A stretch of 64,000 bases of DNA from Nemertoderma westbladi (lineage: Eukaryota > Animalia > Xenacoelomorpha). This document shows positions 57,552-64,000 of this stretch, piece by piece (position 1 is the first letter of the stretch; each line of letters starts with the position of its first letter). The position numbers and the translations under genes are program-made. Below the pieces are notes generated by a model. The model was not told where the DNA came from, did not search any database, and worked only from the letters and a program-made list of their open reading frames with translations. The DNA lies in the NCBI GenBank assembly GCA_032718475.1, contig JAUCBJ010008074.1, forward strand, positions 1-64,000, read 5' to 3'.

Positions 57552-60079
57552 CTACTACTACTAGGATCGGCATGCTGCATTGCAGCTGCATTTTCAAGAA
57601 TGCTGTGCCGGCCTGTCAACAAAATCGCACCGCCACAACTCCCTATCACCCATGACATTTGCTAGATCATCCGCATCTTTAAGGCCAGTGTCCTTTAAGA
57701 TGCGTCTCAAGAAAGTCATGGGCTGTCCACCATGCTTATTCACTCCATGAGGCTGCCAAAGTACAAGATTATGCACTGGCTGGTCCTCACGGCGAAAGCA
57801 ATGTCCTGCAAAGCGGAGGCGATTTTGTTCTAGTGTCAAGCTTGGGGGAACCAATGAGACACCTCCAATGTTATATAGTGTCTGGTTGGAGATGTGTGCA
57901 TTGTACTTGACACAATGAACCCGGCGTAGCATTCTTGTGAATGTGCCATCCAGAGATTTGGTGTCCTCAGCAGTTAGAGCCCAGCATGGACTCCCGTAGA
58001 AGAGTACTGGAACTACTGCTGCTCTAAATAATCGGACCTTAAGTTTCCGATTAATTCTCGGTGATTTCCAAATCCTGGAAAGCCTATTCAAAGCTGTCCA
58101 TGCCTTTCCCTTACGTATTCGAAGGTCCTCACCTGACTTCCGGATCCATGATCCCAGGTAACAGAAGTCGTCCACATGCTCAAGCATACCATCCTTTGAG
58201 CTTATGCTCATCCGACCAGAGACTTGCTGAGGACTTTCAAAGTTAACAGTCAGAATTTTGGTCTTTCTGGAGTTAATAAAAAGACCAACACTAGAAGCAG
58301 CATGTTCTAATGAGCTGAGGAGCCGTTGGGCTCCCTCTAATGATTCTGAGAGTACTCCTAAATCATCAGCAAAGTCTAGATCAGTTAGGTACTTGGCAGG
58401 ATTTCCTCGACTTCTGGAGCCAGTATGTGGAGTTATCATCACCCCATCATCATTATGATGATCTAAGGACATGCGTAGAACATAGTCAACCACAATAATG
58501 AACAAGAATGGTGCAAGTGTGTCTCCTTGGAGGACGCCCCATAACACTTCAAATGGTTCTGTGTCACCGTCAACAGTAGACACAAATGTTGTCGAACCAT
58601 CGTATACTGATCTGATTGCTGCAATAATTTCATCAGGAATCCCATATAATGAAAGTATGCTGAACATACGTGAGCGAGAGACTGAATCAAAGGCCTTGAA
58701 GAAGTCAACAAAGATAACAGCCAGATGCCTGTCTTTCTTTTTTGATAATTCTTCAATTATCCTTCTAAGTGCCAAAATGGGCTCCATGGTCCCACGACCT
58801 TTACGGAACCCATTCTGATTTCCACGGAGCAGTCTCTCAATGGGATCCCTGATGCGATTTAATAGAATCCTATTGTATAGCTTTGCAGCAATCGAGATCA
58901 ATGAGATTCCCCGAAAAGAACCATAGAGTGTTAGGTTGCCCTTCTTGGGAACTGGCACCAACTTATTTGTTTTCATTTCTTGTGGGACTCTTGCTGTTCG
59001 GTACATGTCTACTATGATGGGATAGATGAGCTTTAAACATTCAGGTATTTTAAAGACCTCAGGGGGAACACCATCTACTCCACTGGCACGATTGGTCTTA
59101 ATGCTCTTTGCAGCAGCCTTCACTTCTGCAAAGGAGATATCGCCAATGGGAATATCTGGGAGTACAGACTCAGACACTTTTACTTCTATAAAGTTATCAG
59201 GCAATACCCTGTCATTATTGAGGAGCTTTTCAAAGTGGGCTTTCCAACCATTGAGGCGATCGGCTGGTGATTCAGCCTTAACCTTGGTGGTTGGTTGGCT
59301 TTTCCGCCCAGTAAGCAGATTGATTGATTTCCATGCCTGGGATGATTGCCTGCTGTCGTCAGCATCATTGATGGCATCAACCTGTTGGTTTATTAGCTCC
59401 TGTAGATTAACAGAGTACTGCCTGTTCAGGGACCTAGATGCAGCCTTAACTGCATTCTTGGCCGCTGTAGTCTGTTTGAGTCGGGACTCTTTCTGCGCCT
59501 TATGAAGGTCATTTCGGCACTTCTGAATTTTGTTGTCAGTCCAGGGGGCCCTTTTCCTGTTTCGAGGGTATACAGGAACTGTTTCTGCAGCTGCTAACTT
59601 AACTGCTTCTGTAAAGGCAGTATAGCCCTCACAGTGATCTGCCGCCTCAGAGGCAAGAGCCTCATACCTGTTGCTCAGCTGTAGTGTGAAGCTGGATCTC
59701 ACACTTGGCTGTTGCAACAGAGAGGACCAGTCATGCCGCGGCAAGGCAGATTTCGTTGTTCTGCTAGCACGCAGACTAAGTCTTACCTTGGCCACAATAA
59801 GGCGGTGATCACTGGAGAAGGGTCAAAGTGTAAATGCATTACAGTCTTGTATAGAGCTCCTGTATTTCCTACGAAACAGAATATGGTCTATCTGGGACTT
59901 GTGACCACTGGGTCCACTATGAGTCCATAGCTTTCCAGTTCGCTTCTTGAACTGGGTTCCAGCCGAAAACAATCCATTTCCAGAGATAAAATCCTGAAGA
60001 TGGACGGAATTTCGGTTAACACTATTGCTATAGACCCAGGGCGATGTAGGTGATTGATGCAGACTTGCATTAAGCGATT
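57552..60079 (-). mobile_element. 5'-truncated RTE-clade LINE inserted into BEL element 2
   Basis: 11-bp TSD GCGATTTATAA (57541-57551, 60080-60090) and (TAG)n tail. Removing the insert restores ...NLINR-RYMVFAK... in frame. Confidence 0.93.
57594..59795 (-). CDS. RTE LINE reverse transcriptase (endonuclease domain truncated)
   Basis: FRGISL, QNGFRKGR, DFFKAFDS, GVLQGDTLAPFLF, DFADD, FCYLGS, RLRFAGHC. Confidence 0.9.
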   Translation of the reverse strand: MAKVRLSLRASRTTKSALPRHDWSSLLQQPSVRSSFTLQLSNRYEALASEAADHCEGYTAFTEAVKLAAAETVPVYPRNRKRAPWTDNKIQKCRNDLHKAQKESRLKQTTAAKNAVKAASRSLNRQYSVNLQELINQQVDAINDADDSRQSSQAWKSINLLTGRKSQPTTKVKAESPADRLNGWKAHFEKLLNNDRVLPDNFIEVKVSESVLPDIPIGDISFAEVKAAAKSIKTNRASGVDGVPPEVFKIPECLKLIYPIIVDMYRTARVPQEMKTNKLVPVPKKGNLTLYGSFRGISLISIAAKLYNRILLNRIRDPIERLLRGNQNGFRKGRGTMEPILALRRIIEELSKKKDRHLAVIFVDFFKAFDSVSRSRMFSILSLYGIPDEIIAAIRSVYDGSTTFVSTVDGDTEPFEVLWGVLQGDTLAPFLFIIVVDYVLRMSLDHHNDDGVMITPHTGSRSRGNPAKYLTDLDFADDLGVLSESLEGAQRLLSSLEHAASSVGLFINSRKTKILTVNFESPQQVSGRMSISSKDGMLEHVDDFCYLGSWIRKSGEDLRIRKGKAWTALNRLSRIWKSPRINRKLKVRLFRAAVVPVLFYGSPCWALTAEDTKSLDGTFTRMLRRVHCVKYNAHISNQTLYNIGGVSLVPPSLTLEQNRLRFAGHCFRREDQPVHNLVLWQPHGVNKHGGQPMTFLRRILKDTGLKDADDLANVMGDRELWRCDFVDRPAQHS

Positions 60080-62606
60080 GCGATTTATAAGGTTGATTGT
60101 GGCTGAGATATTTGTCACTTGTGATGCATCAGTTTTAAACGGGTTGGTTTCTCTCCGTTGGGTTGTCTGGGTTCCTTTAGAAACATGGTTCGTTTCTCCT
60201 CTTTGCTTGGCTTCAATCCGAAAGGGGAGGGTGGTGAAGTCAAAGTTCGCGGGGATGTGGAGGGGTGTGTGATGACGTAGGTCGTTACAGACCGCACAGC
60301 ACGATCTTTGGTCACAATCCCGAACGTAGTGACCTGTTCCAAGACACCGGAAGCATCCTCGGTGTTTCATTATCGCCTCGAAGCGTGGGACGAGTTCGGC
60401 GAACTGGAACTTCCTGCAGAATTCCACTTTATGTTTCTCTCCACAGAAGAGACAGAGAAGGGAGTTTGTGATGCCTTCCCTCTCGGGTGCCCAATTCGCA
60501 AGGTAACACGCCCATTCCTCGGCTGATGTCGGTTCTTCGTAGTCTTCGTCATCGGAATCCTCGGCCATGGTGATGGCCATCGTACTCACCGGAGGGGGAC
60601 GGAATCTCGGTTTCTGAGTGGGCGTCTTACTCCTGGAGTTGCTTTCTATTCCGTCTAACTTGGCCGATATCGTCCAGGAATGCTGACATTTCGAGGAAGC
60701 TGGGATCTCGATCTGGGTGTCTGCGCCGGAGATCTACGCATTTATATGCCCACTTACTTTGTAGCCATCCGGGGAACTTCCGGGCGATCTGTCGGAGGTT
60801 TAGAATGTTGTTTACTTGTTCCTCCTTATTTAATGGTTTTAGAGTGTAGTAGGCATCCTTCATCGAATCTGAGAATTCTTGGATATTCTGTGGGTCCCCT
60901 AGGGATCCCGCTTCCTGTATCAGTTTCTCGAGAGTTTTATTAATTATAGTCCCGATATTTCCGTATCTTTTATCTAGAGTTTTCCATGCGTCATAGTATG
61001 CCTCATGAGCTCCTCCCTCGAAGCATGCGATAATCCGGCGTGGTTTGTCGCCCAGGTATTGGGATAAATATACTAACGTTTTTGTGCATCGGCTATGTCC
61101 GTTGATCCAATCTGCGCGAAAAACCGTTTCTTGAATCTGAGGTAATTGACGGGATCTCCTTCGAAGGTGCGGATCTCCATCTTGGGCATGGCCAGTCGGT
61201 TCTCTAATGCCCGGATAATGCCAACGTCGTCTGAACCGGAATGACTAGGAGGGTTATAATTATCGGCACTCTCTCCCATACACGATGGATCGATGATAGG
61301 TGGAGTTTTAATGATGACGCGGCTACGGATTTGTGGTGTGGATGTAAACGGGTTGTTGGATCGGGGAGTAGCGATCCGTTCCGAGTCCTTTTCAGGCTCA
61401 TACTTGGGGACGCTCGGGATTAGCTGGGATATAAGGTTCCTCATTCTTCAGCGTAACCAGTGGGGGATGGAATACCGGTGCTTGTGCCGATAACGTAGAC
61501 TGTATGATAGGCGGGAGCTCGGGTTTTGGGGGTTTCACCGTCGGTGTCGTTAATGACTTCTCTAATTCTGGTATCGGTATTGGTTCATAGTTCTGATCTA
61601 TATCCCTTTCCCAGTCCTCGTATAGTTGAATATCTCGTTCTATAAGTGCGGCTTCGTATTCCGCGAGTTTCGCAATATCCGCATTCTTTTTGTGTATGAG
61701 GATCGCTTGGGCCTCGGCGTGTTGTTTACGCATTTCTGCTTCTCATTTATGTTGTTCGATCTCTTGTTGGGCCTCTCGTCCACGTTGTTCAGCTTCCTGT
61801 TCACGTTGTTCGGCCTGCCGTTGGGCTTCCTGTTCACGTTGTTCGGCCTGCCGTTTGGCTTCCTGTTCACGTTGTTCGGCCTGCCGTTTGGCCTCTCGGC
61901 TATGTTGTTCAGCTTCCTGTTCACGTTGTTCGGCCTGCCGTTTGGCCGCTTGCTCGGCCTCTTGTTTTTGCATTTCGGCGGCTAATACATCTTGCTCGGT
62001 TCGCAGTTGAACATACTCATCTTCCATCCGAGCTTTGAGGGCTAATGCCTTCTGTTCTCGTAGCTGATCTCGGAGTGGCTGACCCCCTTGAGAACTGCGC
62101 GCTGAGCCGGATATCTCGGTCCTAGCGCTGGAGTGCTGGTGTCTTGAGGACCCCGTTCTCTTTCGATGAATTGTGGTCCTGGTGTTGGAGGTTCGCACTG
62201 ATTCTGCGTCTGTTCTTTCAGCTCTCTTGTAGTACTGTTCCTCGTAGCCTCTCACGAGGCTGAGGGTCCTCCGGTGTTGTTTGCGGAATTCGTCTAGGCG
62301 TGCAACGTGTTCTTCCAATTTGGGGTAGTTTACCTGGTCGGTGGCGGGGATGAGTTCTCGGTACGCCTGTATCATTCTCTCATATCGTTGTAAGATACTT
62401 CGGATATTCTGAAGCTGAGTTTGTATCTCGTTGAGGGGGGTTTCGACTCCCTTGAGTTGTTTCTCTATACGTTGATACACTCGAGTGACTCCGCCTTTGA
62501 GAGCACCTAGTCGACGGGCCATGTTATTGACGTTCGGTACCTCGTCGGCTTCCGAGTCTGTGTGGTGATCCATCTCATCGGTATCGGATACGTTATTCGT
62601 CGTCAT
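60080..62606 (-). pseudogene. BEL gag of element 2, broken by stops and frameshifts
   Basis: Coiled-coil (EAKRQAEQREQ)n, TFEGDPVNYLRF gag core, and CLFCGEKH / CFRCLGTGHYVRDC / CAVCNDLRHHTPLH Cys-His boxes. Confidence 0.85.
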
Positions 62607-62794
62607 TGTAGCGCCTTGTCGATAGCTAGATGTGCGATGTCGTAAAATAGTTCCTCGTAGGTATTGTACTCAGCCTGGACCACCCGAACGGTAATCCTGA
62701 ATCGTCCGACGTTCGTTCCTTGTACTTCAACCTCGACATGCCAGATTCCTGGCTCAACTTGGATTATATCAATGGGTGTGATCGATACTTCCAT
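62603..62794 (-). CDS. Possible 63-aa upstream ORF overlapping the gag start (ATGA)
   Basis: ATG-initiated, non-repetitive ORF whose TGA overlaps the gag ATG at 62603-62606. Confidence 0.35.
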   Translation of the reverse strand: MEVSITPIDIIQVEPGIWHVEVEVQGTNVGRFRITVRVVQAEYNTYEELFYDIAHLAIDKALQ

Positions 62795-63002
62795 TCCCTG
62801 TTAACAACTCTCCAAATATGTGATCTGCCGACTACGAGTTGGTTAGATCGAGTTTGTTGATTAATTAAACCACGACTTTGTCTTAACTCAAATACCAGAG
62901 TTTCCTCTTAGTGGGTGCTGGTAAGCACGGAGAGAGTTTGAAGAGTATTGTAGGATTCCCAACTTCCACCAGTTGAAGTTGGCCGCGTTTTATTCTCAAT
63001 TT

Positions 63003-64000
63003 TGTTGCCGTTATTCCCGACACCATGGGGGAAAAACGCCGATGCTGGAGGCGGAACTTTACAGACCACGGAATCCCGGCCAGTCACCGGATATTGATTG
63101 TGGAGAAGGAATAATTTCTTAGATGCAAGATTGCGGTTGAGAAAAAGCTGCATTGGTTGGATATATTCTTTAATGTAGTTAATCTCACTGAACCCTGATT
63201 GAGAATAAATTGGGCTTCCCCAAACCAATATACACCAAATTATTCACAATAATAATACACGACAATATAAATCCCTACAGTAAATTATTTAATTACCCAC
63301 TGTTCGCTCAGATTTTAGCCTAACTAATGTTCCCCAGATTTTCCCTTGGTCCTAGTCTTGGTGCCGTAGTGTCGGTGTCGGTCGACCCTGTCGCGTGTCC
63401 ATCCCACCCCTCACGAACCCCGAAGGGAACGATCATCGAGAACCAGTATGGCTTGGCTAAGGGTTGGTCCAGTCGGTAGACTCTGTCGCGTATCCGTACC
63501 ACCCCTCTCGAGCCCCGAAGGGATCGGTCATCGAGAACCAGTACGGCTTGGCTAGGAGTCTGTCGTGTCGGTGGACCCGTTCGCGTGTCCGTCCCACCCC
63601 TCACGAGCCCCGAAGGGAACGATCATTGAGAACCAGTACGGCTTGGCTAGGGGTCCGTCGGTTCATCGCAGAGACCCAACCACCTAGGCTTTCCGAGTCC
63701 TTATTCAGGCTCGTAGTCGCTTCGGCGGCCGAGAAACTGCTCCGAACAGTCGGTAGGCCAGTAGAGTCCAGTCCTCTGTCTTTTGACCCCGTCGCGTGTC
63801 CGTCCCACCCCTCACGAACCCCGAAGGGAACGATCATCGAGAACCAGTACGGCTTGGCTAAGGGGTCTGTCATCGGTTCCCGTCGCAAATCCCTGGCACA
63901 AGCAGCAGACTTTCTGATGTCCTTTTCAGGCTCGTAATAACTGCTGTTGACCAGAGACTGCTAAGGGCAGTCCTCGTCAAACCCTTCCTCTGTTAGTCGG
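63003..64000 (-). repeat. LTR related to 49440-50743 (truncated by the window edge)
   Basis: Same terminus TGTTGCCGTTATTCCCGACACC, but many substitutions and more internal repeat units. Confidence 0.9.

Larger units (their letters stand above)
49440..64000 (-). mobile_element. BEL/Pao LTR retrotransposon (element 2), defective, runs off the window
   Basis: 3' LTR at 49440-50743 (TGTT...AACA on the minus strand, G7 PPT at 50746-50752). A related LTR starts at 63003. Fragmented gag, pol and an extra ORF lie between them. Confidence 0.9.

Overview
Animal (probably invertebrate) nuclear DNA, dominated by repeats and transposable elements. There is one clear host protein gene: a five-exon VPS11 (11807-38892, +) with an unusual repeat- and NPF-rich C-terminal tail. 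There is also one tRNA-Ser(AGA). A 52-bp satellite (1-11315) carries a SINE and an intact Gypsy-like LTR element with non-canonical CG...CG ends and a 3-bp TSD. VPS11 intron 2 holds a young, full-length BEL/Pao element inside a minisatellite that appears to be copied from the adjacent exon. A second, decayed BEL/Pao element (minus strand, 49440 to >64000) is interrupted by an RTE LINE. Two observations stand out. (1) Both divergent BEL/Pao elements carry a homologous extra ORF after pol, encoding a DEDDy 3'-5' exonuclease-like domain plus CCHC zinc knuckles. (2) A 5.4-kb foldback element with Polinton/Maverick-type AGTAGT...ACTACT termini carries an intact, intronless GTSF1/Asterix-like gene (a PIWI cofactor family) in each 2.1-kb arm. 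Both suggest mobile elements carrying small-RNA-pathway-like proteins. All family calls are by eye from motifs; no database search was run.
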